The notes: generated by a model from the letters alone, not told the origin. DNA of 64,000 nt from Alphaproteobacteria bacterium (GCA_965261735.1 OZ253470.1:2016001-2080000), one strand, 5' to 3'; numbered from the stretch's first letter, positions 8,882 to 19,817 are shown. Translations and numbers: made by a program.

Positions 8882-10249
8882 ATGGATACCCCCCGCGTAG
8901 CGGGCGAGAAGCCGGCGGCGCCGGTGCCGCCGGCCGCGTGGCCGACCCTCGAGCAGGCGCGCAGGGTCGTGCGCGACAACGTCCTCGCCATATGGCCGCG
9001 CTCGGCCTACGAGGATGCCTTCATCGATCGCTCCAACGCCCTTGTCCGGGTGTTCCTCATCAACGACCCGGAGGCGGTTCAGCACGTCCTCCTCGGCAAC
9101 GCCGCCAACTACGTCAAGTCGGTCGCCGTGCGCCGTCAGCTGCGCCCGGTGCTGGGCGACGGCCTGATCACCGCCGAGGGCGCGCGTTGGCAGCATGCCC
9201 CTCACCTCCTCGCCCCCGCCTTCCGCGGCGAGCGCATCACGTCCTACGTGCCCGCGATGGCCAAGGCGGCGGCGGAACTGGGGGAGCGCTGGACGCGGCC
9301 GGCATCGGCGCCGACCATGGATGCCGGCGCCGAGATGACCGACCTCACCCTCGCCATCATTTCGCGCACCATGTTCTCGCAGGATCTGGGGCCGGCCGCG
9401 GCAAGCGTGTGCGCGGACCTCGCGCGCTATCGCGAAACCCTCGGGCGCGTCGGTCTCGCCGACATTCTTCAGGTGCCCGAATGGGCGACGCCGTGGCGCC
9501 AGTGGCGGGCACGGCTGATGCTGCGCCGCTTCGACCGCGCGGTGGCGGGGCTCATCGCGCGCCGCCGAGGGACGGCGCCGGCCGACGATCTGCTCGCCCT
9601 GCTGCTCGAGGCGCGGGGCGCCGACGGGCGAGCGCTGCCCGCCGCGCACATCCACGACGAGGTCGCGACGATTCTGGCCGCCGGCCACGAGACGACGGCG
9701 AGCGTTCTCATCTGGTGCTGGTACCTCCTGTCACTCCATACCCGGGCGCGCGAGCGCATGGAGCGGGAGCTCGACGGCGTGCTCGGCGGCCGGCTCCCCG
9801 AAGCGGGCGACGTACCGCACCTCTCTTTCACTGGGCGGGTGATCGAGGAAGCCATGCGGCTCTATCCGCCCGTCCACGCCATCGAACGGCGTGCCCTAGG
9901 CGCCGATGAGGTCGCCGGTCATCCCATCCCGGCGGGCTCGGTCCTCATCATCGCGCCGTGGCTGCTGCACCGCCACCGCCGGCTGTGGGAGGACCCCGAG
10001 CGCTTCGATCCGGACCGGTTCGCCCCCGAGCGCGCGGCGTTACGCCACAGGTTCGCATACGTGCCGTTCGGCGGGGGTCCGCGCGTCTGCCTCGGCGCCG
10101 CCTTCGCCCTGACCGAGGCGGTGGTGGTCCTGGCCACGCTCGGGCAGCGCTTCCGCTTGGACCTCGTGCCCGGGCAACGCGTGGAACCGGTCGGCCGGAT
10201 CACCGTGCGCCCGCGCGACCCGCTCATGATGACGGTCACCGAACGCTAA
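8882..10249 (+). CDS. Cytochrome P450
   Basis: AGHETT I-helix, EAMR (ExxR), PERF, FGGGPRVCLG heme motif. Confidence 0.95.
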   Translation: MDTPRVAGEKPAAPVPPAAWPTLEQARRVVRDNVLAIWPRSAYEDAFIDRSNALVRVFLINDPEAVQHVLLGNAANYVKSVAVRRQLRPVLGDGLITAEGARWQHAPHLLAPAFRGERITSYVPAMAKAAAELGERWTRPASAPTMDAGAEMTDLTLAIISRTMFSQDLGPAAASVCADLARYRETLGRVGLADILQVPEWATPWRQWRARLMLRRFDRAVAGLIARRRGTAPADDLLALLLEARGADGRALPAAHIHDEVATILAAGHETTASVLIWCWYLLSLHTRARERMERELDGVLGGRLPEAGDVPHLSFTGRVIEEAMRLYPPVHAIERRALGADEVAGHPIPAGSVLIIAPWLLHRHRRLWEDPERFDPDRFAPERAALRHRFAYVPFGGGPRVCLGAAFALTEAVVVLATLGQRFRLDLVPGQRVEPVGRITVRPRDPLMMTVTER

Positions 10250-10253
10250 ACGG

Positions 10254-11699
10254 CTAGCGCACCGTCGCCGCGGTCGCCGCGGTCGCGGCGGCGGGCTCGA
10301 GCAGGTGGGCGATGGCGTTGGCGTAGTAGCCGAGCAGCGGCCGCTCCTCGGCTCGCGCCCGGTAGAGGCCGTCAGCCTCGACGACGAGGCGGCGCAGCGT
10401 CAGCGTGCGCAGGCCGACGACGACGGCATAGTCGTGATCGGCGCGCGGGATGTAGACGTGGGCGCCCTTGGCTTCGAGCTCGCGCACGAGTGCGAACACG
10501 GCGGCCTTGAGCTCGAGCTCGCTGTACCAGCGCTCCTCGTCGCGCACGAAGACGCTCGCCACGAGCGATACCGGCAGCACCGGGATAACGCGCCCGACCG
10601 CGTCCATCAGCTCGGCCCCGAGCGCCTCGACGGCGGCGAAGCGCGCGGCCTCGTCGAGGCGGGCGAAGTCCGTGCCATGGCGCGCGACGTAGGCCCGCAT
10701 CGACAGCGGCGTGCCGAAGGTGACGCAGGCATAGCCGAAACGGTACCAGCGCCGGCGCAGCATCAGGCCAACCTGGCGCGCCAGGAAGCCCACCGTGGTC
10801 AGGGCGACGGCCGCGCCGCCGCGCCGACTCGCCTGCGCATCCTGGGCCCGCACCAGGCTGCGGTCCTCGATGACGCGGTCGTAGTTGATGCCGACGGGGA
10901 CGAACACGAGGTCGCGGCCGGCCGCATCGAAGTCGCTCACCATATAGGCGATGAGGCCGAGCCGGGGCGGGCGCAGGCGGCCGTCGCGGCTCAGGCCCCC
11001 CTCCGGATAGACCGCCTGCACGACGCCCCCCTCGGTCGCCATGTGGATGTAGCGCGCCAGCACCTTGCGGTAGAGCGGGTTGTCGGAATGGCGGCGGATG
11101 AAGTAGGCACCGAGCGAGCGGATCAGGGTGTCGAGCGGCCAGATGCGGGCCCATTCGCCAACCGCGTAAGAGAGCGCCGTGCGCGTCGCCGCCAGGTAGG
11201 CGACCATGATGTAGTCCATGTTGCTGCGGTGGTTCATCACGAAGACGACGGAGGCATCGCCCGGGATGGCGGCGAGAGCGGCGTCGTCGGCGTAACCCAG
11301 TCGGACACGGTAGAAGAGCTGGGCGAGGCGCCGTGCCAGACGATAGCCGATGCGGAAATAGGCGTAGGCGTTGAACGAGGGCACGATCTCGCGGGCGTAG
11401 CGCTCGACCTCGGCGAGCACGACCTCGCGCGGCTCGCCGCGCTCGGCGCCGCGGGCCTCGATAGCGGCGACGACTTCAGGGTCGAACAGCAGGCGGTCGA
11501 TCAGCACCTGGCGTTTGGTCATGCTGAGCGCCGGAAGGCGGACCTCGAGGCGGGCGTTGAGGTCGTCGATGACGCGATTGACGCGGCGCCGCAGATACCA
11601 GCGCACGCTCGGGATCAGGAGCCGTTCGAGCACCGCCCAGGCTGCGAGCACCCCAAGGCCGGCGATGACCCACAGCGGCAGCGCGACGGTCTGCGTCAT
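10254..11699 (-). CDS. PlsB/PlsC-family glycerol-3-phosphate acyltransferase
   Basis: NHRSNMD (HxxxxD), GAYFIRR, YPEGGLSRDG; start MTQTVALP. Confidence 0.88.
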   Translation of the reverse strand: MTQTVALPLWVIAGLGVLAAWAVLERLLIPSVRWYLRRRVNRVIDDLNARLEVRLPALSMTKRQVLIDRLLFDPEVVAAIEARGAERGEPREVVLAEVERYAREIVPSFNAYAYFRIGYRLARRLAQLFYRVRLGYADDAALAAIPGDASVVFVMNHRSNMDYIMVAYLAATRTALSYAVGEWARIWPLDTLIRSLGAYFIRRHSDNPLYRKVLARYIHMATEGGVVQAVYPEGGLSRDGRLRPPRLGLIAYMVSDFDAAGRDLVFVPVGINYDRVIEDRSLVRAQDAQASRRGGAAVALTTVGFLARQVGLMLRRRWYRFGYACVTFGTPLSMRAYVARHGTDFARLDEAARFAAVEALGAELMDAVGRVIPVLPVSLVASVFVRDEERWYSELELKAAVFALVRELEAKGAHVYIPRADHDYAVVVGLRTLTLRRLVVEADGLYRARAEERPLLGYYANAIAHLLEPAAATAATAATVR

Positions 11700-11754
11700 C
11701 GCTTCCTCCCCACGAGCCATGATAGCAGGCCGCGCGGCCAACGCGGCGCAAAGC
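11659..11754. repeat. Direct repeat copy 1 (acyltransferase 5' end and leader)
   Basis: About 96 bp with roughly 8 differences from 13087-13183. Confidence 0.9.
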
Positions 11755-12227
11755 ACTCCGATCCGCCGGCTATCGGTGAACGCAAGCCGCGCGATCTAGC
11801 GGGTGTTGTCAATCGGCGGCCCAACCCGTCCGCGTTTACCCCCCCAAACATAGCCCAAGGCATGCCGATCACCGTCCTCCTCCGGCCGCCCACCGCCGAC
11901 GGAGCGCGCGGCCGGCGTGTGCCAACGCTCCGTGGTGGCCCGCGGCGGTCGGTAAGAGAGCGCCACTACCTTCACGAGGTACAACTTGGGGACGGCGCTG
12001 CTTGTTCGCGACCTACCCGCGTCTGAGCGGGAGCCCGTCTTTCTAGCCCGCCGCGACGCGGCGTGTTGAGCGCACGATATGCCTTGACAGCTCGGTATGG
12101 AAGTCTGACCGTAACCGTTACAACCGTTAGTGGAGCGGCTACGTTATTGTACGAAGTGCAACAGTAGTGTCTTTGTCGTCGCGTTCGATTGGTATGTTTT
12201 AACTTACCCACGGCATGGAGCAATTCC

Positions 12228-13017
12228 GTGAATATTAATTGGGTAAATCATGCCTTCCTTCGTAATAGAAGCGAACGGTGTGCGGCTCCTCACCGCTTCA
12301 TGGACCCACGGTCGGGTATTCAACAATAGCTGGGATCTGGTCGCCTTTACTGTGTTCAATGACTATGATAGCATTGACTACATCTGGCTGTCTCATGAGC
12401 ATCCCGACCACTTTTCGCCGCCCGTCCTCGCCGCCATTCCAAAGGAGTCCCGAAATACCATAACGGCACTCTTTCAGGAGACGAGCGACCAACGTGTTGT
12501 CGGCTTTTGCGAGAAACTGGGATTTCGCGTGCGAGAATTGCCGGATGGTACGCGTTCACGACTCTCGGACGATTTTCATCTAACTCTTGGTAAAGTCCCA
12601 TTTTACGATAGTTGGTTACTGATTGAGGCAGCGGGTGCACTGATATTGAATCTAAATGATTGCGTACTAAGTACTCCAGCCATAATGAAAGCTCTGGCAA
12701 GAAAGGCTGGTCACATAGACGTACTATTGTGCCAATTCTCATTCGCTAGTTGGCACGGATCCGCTAACCAAGTCGAGTCATGGAAATCGGCGGCTCGAGA
12801 GAAGTTGGACCACATCTCGAAACAGATTGCTGTATTTCGACCAAACCAAGTAATACCATGTGCGGGTTTTATGCGCTTTTGCCATACTGAAAACAGCTTC
12901 ATGAACGCTTTCGCTAACCGGGTGTCCAAGCAAAGGTGGATTTCGAAAACTTATAATTGTGTTTTCTCCGGGTTCACTGAACAACATAGGACGACGCTTT
13001 GGTTTTGGCCTCCATGA
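12228..13017 (+). pseudogene. Low-GC MBL-fold metallo-hydrolase (UlaG/CMP-Neu5Ac hydroxylase-like), frameshifted and probably truncated
   Basis: GGAG RBS then GTG, VNINWVNHA; +1 shift into SFVIEANG; SHEHPDH motif and LNLNDC; AT-rich. Confidence 0.7.
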
Positions 13018-13086
13018 AAAACAGGGTGTTGTTGCGGCGAGTTCTTAGAAAAATTATCCGCGCGCGATGACGAGTCTAACGCGAGC

Positions 13087-13183
13087 CCGGCGATGATCCA
13101 CAGCGGCGGCGCGACGGTCTGCGTCATCGCATCCCTCCCCACGAGCCATGATGGCAGGGCGCGCGACCAAGGCGGCGCAAAGC
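13087..13183. repeat. Direct repeat copy 2 (orphan acyltransferase 5' fragment MTQTVAPPLWIIAG)
   Basis: Matches 11659-11754. Confidence 0.9.
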
Positions 13184-13226
13184 GCTTGATCGGGCGCCGG
13201 GCGGAGGTTAAGTGTGGGGCCGGGCC

Positions 13227-13302
13227 GTCCCCTTCGTCTAGCGGCCTAGGACATCGCCCTCTCACGGCGAAAACAGGGGTTCGATTCCCCTAGGGGACGC
13301 CA
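13227..13302 (+). tRNA. tRNA-Glu (CTC)
   Basis: GTCCCCT/AGGGGAC acceptor stem, anticodon arm TCGCC-CTCTCAC-GGCGA, GGTTCGATTCC T-arm, CCA end. Confidence 0.97.
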
Positions 13303-13322
13303 ATCATTTCAATGGGTTGGTT

Positions 13323-14756
13323 GATCGTGTCCCGCGGAGTGGTGTAAGAGCGTTGCGCTCTACGCGGCTCCCGGCGGGTAGGGCCGGGACGTTCAGGCTG
13401 CCACGGTGGGCAGCGTGATGGGGACACCATCGCTCAGCGGAGCGATGGATTCCAGCGTCATGTATCTCCTTGAGACGGCCCACTCGTCGTTCTGCTCGAG
13501 AAGGATGGCGCCGACGAGCCGTGTGATGGCGGCTTCGTTGGGAAAGATACCGACGACGTTGGTGCGACGCTTGACCTCGGCATGGAGCCGTTCGATCGGG
13601 TTTGTGGAGTGCAATTTCTGGCGGTGCTCCCTGGGGAAGCTCATGTAGGCGAGGACGTCGTGCTCGGCTTCGTCCATGAGAACTGCCAGCTTGGGCACCT
13701 TGGGCCTGAGCTGGTCGGCGACCTGGCGCCACTGGACCTTCGCGCTGTCGGCGTCCTCCTGGGCGAAGGCGGTGGCGACGCGCCGGCCCTGGCGGCCGGC
13801 ATGGGCCAGCAGGTTGCGGGCGAAGTGTACGCGGCAGCGCTGCCATGTGGCGCCGAGGATCCGGGTCGCGGCGGCCTTCAGGCCCTTGTGGTCGTCGGAG
13901 ATCACCAGCTTCACGCCGCGCAGCCCGCGCCGGGCCAGCGAGCGCAGGAATTCGGTCCAGAAGGTCTCGGCCTCCGACGCGCCGATCGCCACGCCCAGGA
14001 CCTCGCGGCGGCCTTGGTCGTTGACGGCCACAGCCACGGTCACCGCGACCGAGACGATGCGTCCGGTCTGGCGCACCTTCACGTAGGTGGCGTCGAGCCA
14101 CAGATAGGGCCAGTCGCCCTCCAGCGGTCGATCGAGGAAGCCGTTGACCTTATCGTCGATCTCGCCGCACAGCCTGGAGACCTGGCTCTTGGAGGCGCCC
14201 GACATCCCCATCGCCTGAACCAGATCGTCAACCGAGCGGGTCGACACCCCCTGGATGTAGGCCTCCTGGATCACCGCAGCCAGCGCCTTCTCGGCCATCC
14301 GCCGCGGCTCCAGGAAGCCCGGGAAGTAGCTTCCCTTCCTCAGCTTCGGGATCTTCAGCTCGACCGTGCCGGCCCGCGTCTCCCAGGACCGGTCGCGGTA
14401 GCCGTTGCGATGGGTGATACGATCCGCCGAGCGCTCGCCGTGCCCGGCGCCGGTCAGGCCCTCAACCTCCAGTGCCATCAGCCGCTCGGCCGTGAAGCCG
14501 ATCATCTCGCAAAGCAGATCGGCATCGGAGCTCTTCTCCAAAAGCGCGCGCAGGGTCATCATGTCCTGGGTCATCGTGGTTCTCCTTCGGGTCAGGTTGG
14601 TTTGCACTAGCCCAACCCTAAACCGGAACCGCGATGGCCTCCGCTGTGGATAGCCGGCTTGCCTACGCCAGACTCTCGGCGGTCGCTACGGCAAGCCGCC
14701 TACCCACAGCTACCAGAGGCTCCAACAACTCCTACACCACGTCCTGGGACACGACC
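13323..14756 (-). mobile_element. IS256-family insertion sequence
   Basis: Imperfect ~34-bp terminal IRs (GATCGTGTCCCGCGGAGTGGTGTAAG / CCTACACCACGTCCTGGGACACGACC); no target duplication seen. Confidence 0.9.
13393..14574 (-). CDS. IS256-family transposase
   Basis: [37 protein letters not shown]; apparent short in-frame deletion at GRRV/ATAF. Confidence 0.95.
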   Translation of the reverse strand: MTQDMMTLRALLEKSSDADLLCEMIGFTAERLMALEVEGLTGAGHGERSADRITHRNGYRDRSWETRAGTVELKIPKLRKGSYFPGFLEPRRMAEKALAAVIQEAYIQGVSTRSVDDLVQAMGMSGASKSQVSRLCGEIDDKVNGFLDRPLEGDWPYLWLDATYVKVRQTGRIVSVAVTVAVAVNDQGRREVLGVAIGASEAETFWTEFLRSLARRGLRGVKLVISDDHKGLKAAATRILGATWQRCRVHFARNLLAHAGRQGRRVATAFAQEDADSAKVQWRQVADQLRPKVPKLAVLMDEAEHDVLAYMSFPREHRQKLHSTNPIERLHAEVKRRTNVVGIFPNEAAITRLVGAILLEQNDEWAVSRRYMTLESIAPLSDGVPITLPTVAA

Positions 14757-14842
14757 TCGCTCTCTGATTCGGCCTCCTCCGCACTTCGCGCGTAGGTCAT
14801 CGCGCAGGAGCCAGCGGCACCGCCACTTGTGGCAGGGTTGGC

Positions 14843-14965
14843 TGCTGTGGGTCACCAGCAGACCTCCGGCCACATTGCTGTGTAGTTCCGCTTACGGCCA
14901 AGAAGCGGGCATGATCGCCCGGAAAGCGGACATCACGTCACCGATGTTGAGTTATCGCTCGATAC
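14843..14965. repeat. Degenerate intergenic palindromic element (TCCGCTT...AAAGCGGACAT type)
   Basis: TTCCGCTTACGGCCAAGAAGCGGGCAT and GAAAGCGGACAT; resembles dispersed proteobacterial repeats. Confidence 0.35.
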
Positions 14966-15536
14966 CATCGACCCCCGGTGGGCCCATCCGCCCGGCCTGA
15001 CGCGACCAATTGGCGGGATCGCCTTCGTCCAAAAGGGCCCGGACGGCAGAGTCCGGTATTTCGCGCATGCCAACACCGAGGGCTTTTACCGGGAGATCCA
15101 CAATCCCGATGGACCTCCTCAGGCTAACGTGAGCGCGTCGGAGGCCTCTGCCCCTACCCCCCCCTCTTGCCTAGCCAGTGCGCCTGCAACGTGACCTCAG
15201 CGCACACCCAGGTCACTCGCGGTGAGACGCCATCCGAAGGCCGGGCGCATCAGCTGCGGCTCAACGGGACGGGTGACGCGCTACGCGGTCGCGTTCGCCC
15301 CTAGTGCCAAGGTCCGATGCTGGAGAGGGCCACACCCGGGCAGGCCGCGGCGGTTCTGCTCCGCCTCGTACCAGTCGGCGGCCCTGATTCCCTGAGGTGC
15401 GCAACCCATAACGGCGAATTGCTCCGTCGGGCAGGTTTCTTCTATATACTGGGGCTCTTCCCACGTGCGGCCTTGTGCCGCTTTCAGCCTCGCCGCGGCG
15501 GGTTTCGCCACGTGGGCACAAACAGGGAGGTATCCC

Positions 15537-16703
15537 ATGAAAAAGCATTTTGGTCTTGTGGCCTCGCTATCGGTGATCGTGGGCCTGGCCCTGGGGACTC
15601 TGTCGCCCACTGAAGCGGCGGAGGCCAAGGGCGAGCCCTTCCGCGTGCCCTTCCTGGCGACATTCAGCGGCGCGCTCGCCTACTACGGCCACGACATGTT
15701 CCAGTCGGCCGAGATCGTGCAGAACCTCATCAACAAGGAGGGCGGAATCAAGGGCAGGCCGCTCGAGCTCTATAAGGTCGACGGGCCCTGGGACGACATG
15801 CCGACCACGGTCACCTGGGTCAAGAAACTGTCTTCTGATCCAACGGTGCCGCTGATCATCGATTCGGGAACCACGAGTCAGGTGATTGCCGCCCACGACA
15901 TCGTTAACAAGAACGAGGTGCCGTCCTTCGCCTTTGCCAACAGCGGCTTGTGGCCTACCAACACCATCAGCCCGTGGCTGTTTCGGCTGATGCCGCAGGT
16001 CGAGACGGCCTTTCCGGCCATGTTCCCGAAGATCATGCAGAAGTGGAACCCGAAGACGACGGCGGTCGTCTACACCCACGACCAGGAGTACGCCGTCAAC
16101 AACGCCAAGGTGTTCCGCGAGTTCGCGAAGAAGTTCGGCATCGAGATCGTGGTCGAAGCGACCGGCAAGGCCAAGGACCCCGACTGGTCGCCGCAAATGA
16201 TCCGCGTTAAGGCGGCCAACCCCGACCTCCTCTTCCTCATGGGGCCCGGCAACGACACCGGTCTGATGGTGAAGACGGCGCGCGATATGGGGATCACCGC
16301 TCCCGTGCTCGGTGACGCGGGGATGACACACCAGGACTACTGGGACATGTCGAAGGGCCGAGTCGGGACGTCCATTTTTTATAACTTCTATGATCCCGAG
16401 GACACGCGACCCTATATCCGGAAACTAGTCGCCGACCACAAGGCGATCACCGGCAAGGTACCGGATCAATGGCGGGCCATGGCCGCCGATGCCGTCTACA
16501 TCCTGGGCAAGGTGCTGAACAGCGCCGACGACCTTTCGCGCGACGGCATCCGCACGGCGTTCGCCAACGCATCCAGCGTGGAGTCCCTGACCGGAAAGGT
16601 GGGCTGGAAAGGCTCGGGGAACGCGATGCGCGAAGAGGTCATCATCGCCACCTGGAAAGACGGCGAGATCGTCCGCGTTCCCGAGAGTTTCTGGAACGAG
16701 TAG
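15537..16703 (+). CDS. Branched-chain amino acid (HAAT) ABC transporter substrate-binding protein
   Basis: Signal peptide, INKEGGIKGRPLE, DWSPQMIRVKAANPD; RBS GGAGG. Confidence 0.9.
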   Translation: MKKHFGLVASLSVIVGLALGTLSPTEAAEAKGEPFRVPFLATFSGALAYYGHDMFQSAEIVQNLINKEGGIKGRPLELYKVDGPWDDMPTTVTWVKKLSSDPTVPLIIDSGTTSQVIAAHDIVNKNEVPSFAFANSGLWPTNTISPWLFRLMPQVETAFPAMFPKIMQKWNPKTTAVVYTHDQEYAVNNAKVFREFAKKFGIEIVVEATGKAKDPDWSPQMIRVKAANPDLLFLMGPGNDTGLMVKTARDMGITAPVLGDAGMTHQDYWDMSKGRVGTSIFYNFYDPEDTRPYIRKLVADHKAITGKVPDQWRAMAADAVYILGKVLNSADDLSRDGIRTAFANASSVESLTGKVGWKGSGNAMREEVIIATWKDGEIVRVPESFWNE

Positions 16704-16843
16704 AGGCCGGTAGCGTTCGCGGGGGCTGGGCGGCTGGTGCCGTACCGCCAGTTGCCCAGCCCCACGCGGTGGGCCAACGCCCGTATTCGATGACCGGGCG
16801 CCGGTGCGCCGACGGATAGCCTAGGTTCCCGGCCCGAGAGCCC

Positions 16844-17731
16844 ATGGGAACATTCATTCAACAGCTGACCACCGGGCTGACAATAGGTTCTGTCTACGCG
16901 CTTATCGCGCTCGGCTACAACCTGATCTTCGGCGTCCTCAACGTGCTGAGTTTCGCGCACGGGGCGATCGTCATGGTCGGTTCGTATTCGACCTTCTTCC
17001 TGCTCACCCAGTTGGGCGTCAATTTCTACGCCGCCATCCTCGCCGGCATCGTGTGCGCGACCCTGCTTGGGCTTGTCGTCGAGCGCGTCGCCGTCCGCCC
17101 CATTGTCGAGCGCTCGGAGTGGGGGGTCATCGTGGCGACGATCGGTGCCGGGCTCTTCATCCAATTCGTCGTCCGGCGCTTCACCAGCGGCCGGCCCGTG
17201 CCGTTCCCGGTACCGTTCGAGCCTACCTACTTCGAGACTTTGTGGGGCGCCCGCATCAGCGACACCCAATTGATGCTAATGGGGGCCGGGCTCATCATTC
17301 TGACTGGTCTGCTGCTGCTGATCTATCGCACCAAGCTTGGCGTCGCGATTCGTACGGTGGCGCAAAGCCCTGACATCGCCAGCTGCCTCGGCATCGACCG
17401 GACGCGCACGAGCGTTATTACCTTCGGCGTCGCCTCGGCCGTGGGCGGCGCTTCGGGCATCTTGTACAGCGTCCACTATGGCGTCACCGACGTGTTCATG
17501 GGCGTAACCCTGGGGCTCAAGGGGCTCGTCGTGGTCATCGTCGCGGGCGTAGGCAACCTGTTCGGCTGCCTGGTCGTAGGTCTGCTGCTGGCGACGACCG
17601 AGGTAATGGTCGTCGGCTACGGGCAATCGACGCTCCGCGATTTCGTTGGTTACGCGGCGCTGCTACTGATCCTCATTGCCCGGCCCGGCGGCCTGTTCGG
17701 CGAGCACGGGCGCGCCCAGTACGAGGTGTGA
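16844..17731 (+). CDS. HAAT ABC transporter permease (LivH-like)
   Basis: GSVYALIALGYNLIFGVLNVLSFAHG, RTKLGVAIR, RPGGLFG. Confidence 0.92.
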   Translation: MGTFIQQLTTGLTIGSVYALIALGYNLIFGVLNVLSFAHGAIVMVGSYSTFFLLTQLGVNFYAAILAGIVCATLLGLVVERVAVRPIVERSEWGVIVATIGAGLFIQFVVRRFTSGRPVPFPVPFEPTYFETLWGARISDTQLMLMGAGLIILTGLLLLIYRTKLGVAIRTVAQSPDIASCLGIDRTRTSVITFGVASAVGGASGILYSVHYGVTDVFMGVTLGLKGLVVVIVAGVGNLFGCLVVGLLLATTEVMVVGYGQSTLRDFVGYAALLLILIARPGGLFGEHGRAQYEV

Positions 17732-17734
17732 ACG

Positions 17735-18616
17735 GTGCTCGACCCACACATCGTCTCGTTCCTGCTCAATATCCTGACCGACTACGGGGTCTTCCTCATC
17801 CTTGCGCTCGGCTGCTACTTCACGCTGATGGCCGGGCAGATCTCGATCGGCCATGGCGGGCTCGCCGGGATCGGTGCCTATACGACGGCCGTGCTCACGG
17901 CCAAGCTTGGATTTCCGCCCTATGTCGGCATACCGCTCGCCGGCGCCGCCGGCGCGGTGGCCGGGCTGGCGGTCGCGTATCTCATGGCCATGCGACTCAA
18001 GGGCATGTACCTCGCCATCGGTACCTTTGCCTTCGGTGAGGCGATGTCTGTCGCCTGGATCAACACCGACTATGTCCGGGGCGCGGTCGGCATGATCGGG
18101 ATCCCGCCGGTCACCGACTTCAAGCTGGTGCTTGCGGTGGTTGCAATCGTGAGCTTCGCGCTGTGGCGCTTCGAGGCCTCCCACATGGGCCGCGCCTTCC
18201 GCGCCACCTTCGACGACGAGCGCGCCGCCTCGGCGCTCGGCGTCAACATCACGTTTGTCAAGGCGCTAGCATGGTCGATGGGCGGGTTCATCACCGGAAT
18301 CGGCGGGGCCCTCTATGCGCACAATCTGAGCGTCATCCGGCCCGACCAGTTCGCCTTCGACATGTCCGTGCTGGTGCTGCTCGCGCCCTGCATCGGCGGC
18401 TATTTCACCTTTTGGGGGACCTACATCGGGGCGGGCGTCATTATCTTCGCGCCGTGGATCCTCAACCTCGTCCATCCTCTCGACAAGCGTATCTTCTTCG
18501 CCGCCCTCTACGTCATCATCATGCTGTGGCGCCCCGACGGCATCATCGGACGCGAGGGCGTCAGGGTGCCAGCGATTCTGCGGCTCCTGCGCAGCGAGCC
18601 CAAGGGCGGGTTGTAG
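17735..18616 (+). CDS. HAAT ABC transporter permease (LivM-like)
   Basis: GQISIGHGG, RLKGMYLAIGT, GRAFRA...DERAASALG, RPDGIIG. Confidence 0.92.
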   Translation: MLDPHIVSFLLNILTDYGVFLILALGCYFTLMAGQISIGHGGLAGIGAYTTAVLTAKLGFPPYVGIPLAGAAGAVAGLAVAYLMAMRLKGMYLAIGTFAFGEAMSVAWINTDYVRGAVGMIGIPPVTDFKLVLAVVAIVSFALWRFEASHMGRAFRATFDDERAASALGVNITFVKALAWSMGGFITGIGGALYAHNLSVIRPDQFAFDMSVLVLLAPCIGGYFTFWGTYIGAGVIIFAPWILNLVHPLDKRIFFAALYVIIMLWRPDGIIGREGVRVPAILRLLRSEPKGGL

Positions 18617-18712
18617 AGAGCGGGATGTAGGGCGAAGCGCGGCTTGATCCTACCACCATGCTGACGGCCGGCGTGGCCGGGCCGCGTCAAGGATAGCGCG
18701 CCCAGATCGAAG

Positions 18713-19817
18713 CTTGCCTATCCGGTTAACGCCCATGACCGCTACATGTAGGGTGCCGCCACTCTCCCGAGTAAAGCTCGGCATAGGTTGGAGCAGAGGT
18801 GTCGCCCGCGATGCCGAGCAATGAGCGGAAGGCGTTGAACGGGTAGAACCGCCTGTTGAAGCGGAAGGTGAACTCGTTGAGGTAGGCTTGTAGGTGCTGG
18901 TGGCTAACGCCGTGGTGGATACCGATCAGCCACGTCTTCAGGTTGGCGAAAACCAGATGGATGATCGGCAGGTATTGCTCGGCAACCTCTGGATCACCAC
19001 ACTCGGCAACAGCGAAGTGCTCATAGCCGCGCTTACCGAGGCCAGCATAGCCGCTCCAATCGTCAGTAACGATCAGCGATCGCGGCGCGACGGTGCTCTC
19101 GACGAACCCACAGAGCGACTCGGCGCTACGGTCGAGCACGACGGCGAGCCGAACGCGTCCGGCATAGCGTCCGTCTTTCCGGTTGTCGAGCTTGGTGCCC
19201 GGCTTTCGATGACGCACCTCGATGGCACAGGAGACGGGAACCTTGTGGTGAACACCACGGCCTTCCCCACGCGTTCGCCCGCCAACCCAGGTTTCGTCCA
19301 CCTCAACATGGTTCTTGGGCTGTCCACCGATCCTGTCTTGGTTGGGCCGCACCATGCCCGAGCGGAGCTTGTGGAGAATTTGAAAGGCCGTCTCGTAGCG
19401 CGAAAGACCAAGTTGCCGCTGAAACTGCACGGCGGACATGCCGGGCGTCTGACTGGCGACCAGATAAGCGGCCCAGAACCAGACGTTCAGCGGAGTGTGG
19501 CTACGCTCCATCACTGTTCCCACCGTCAGCCCGGTGTTCTGGCGGCACTTGCGGCAGCGCAGGACGCCAGGGCGGTTTTCAAAGTGGAACGGCTCTCCCG
19601 CCGTGCCGCAGTGCGGGCAGGCAAAGCCGTCTCCCCAGCGGGCTTTCTCCAGGTAGGCGGCGCAGGCCGCATCATCGGGGAAAAGTCGCTGGAACTCGGG
19701 TAGCGAATGCGGGAATGGGAGATCGGCGCGGTCGAGAACATCCATGGCGCGCTCCCCTATATCCGGGTTGCGCCCATTCTAGCCCTAGTGGGTGTGGGTG
19801 TAAACCGGATAGGCAAG
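18713..19817 (-). mobile_element. IS1595-family insertion sequence
   Basis: IRs CTTGCCTATCCGGTTAACGCCCA / TGGGTGTAAACCGGATAGGCAAG; flanks are not duplicated. Confidence 0.9.
18726..19745 (-). CDS. IS1595-family transposase
   Basis: Zn ribbon CPHC...CRKC, VEVDETWVGG, IVTDDWSGY, YLNEFTFRFNRR. Confidence 0.95.
   Translation of the reverse strand: MDVLDRADLPFPHSLPEFQRLFPDDAACAAYLEKARWGDGFACPHCGTAGEPFHFENRPGVLRCRKCRQNTGLTVGTVMERSHTPLNVWFWAAYLVASQTPGMSAVQFQRQLGLSRYETAFQILHKLRSGMVRPNQDRIGGQPKNHVEVDETWVGGRTRGEGRGVHHKVPVSCAIEVRHRKPGTKLDNRKDGRYAGRVRLAVVLDRSAESLCGFVESTVAPRSLIVTDDWSGYAGLGKRGYEHFAVAECGDPEVAEQYLPIIHLVFANLKTWLIGIHHGVSHQHLQAYLNEFTFRFNRRFYPFNAFRSLLGIAGDTSAPTYAELYSGEWRHPTCSGHGR

Noticed and set aside
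13303-14770. Target-site duplication for IS256 and a second tRNA-Glu att copy
   Set aside because: The flanks differ (TGGGTTGGTT vs TCGCTCTCTG) and no tRNA 3' duplicate or integrase was found in the window
15010-15460. Possible gene remnants (GIAFVQKGPDGRVRYF on plus; ADWYEAEQ, DUF2934-like, on minus)
   Set aside because: Too short and degenerate to assign without a search
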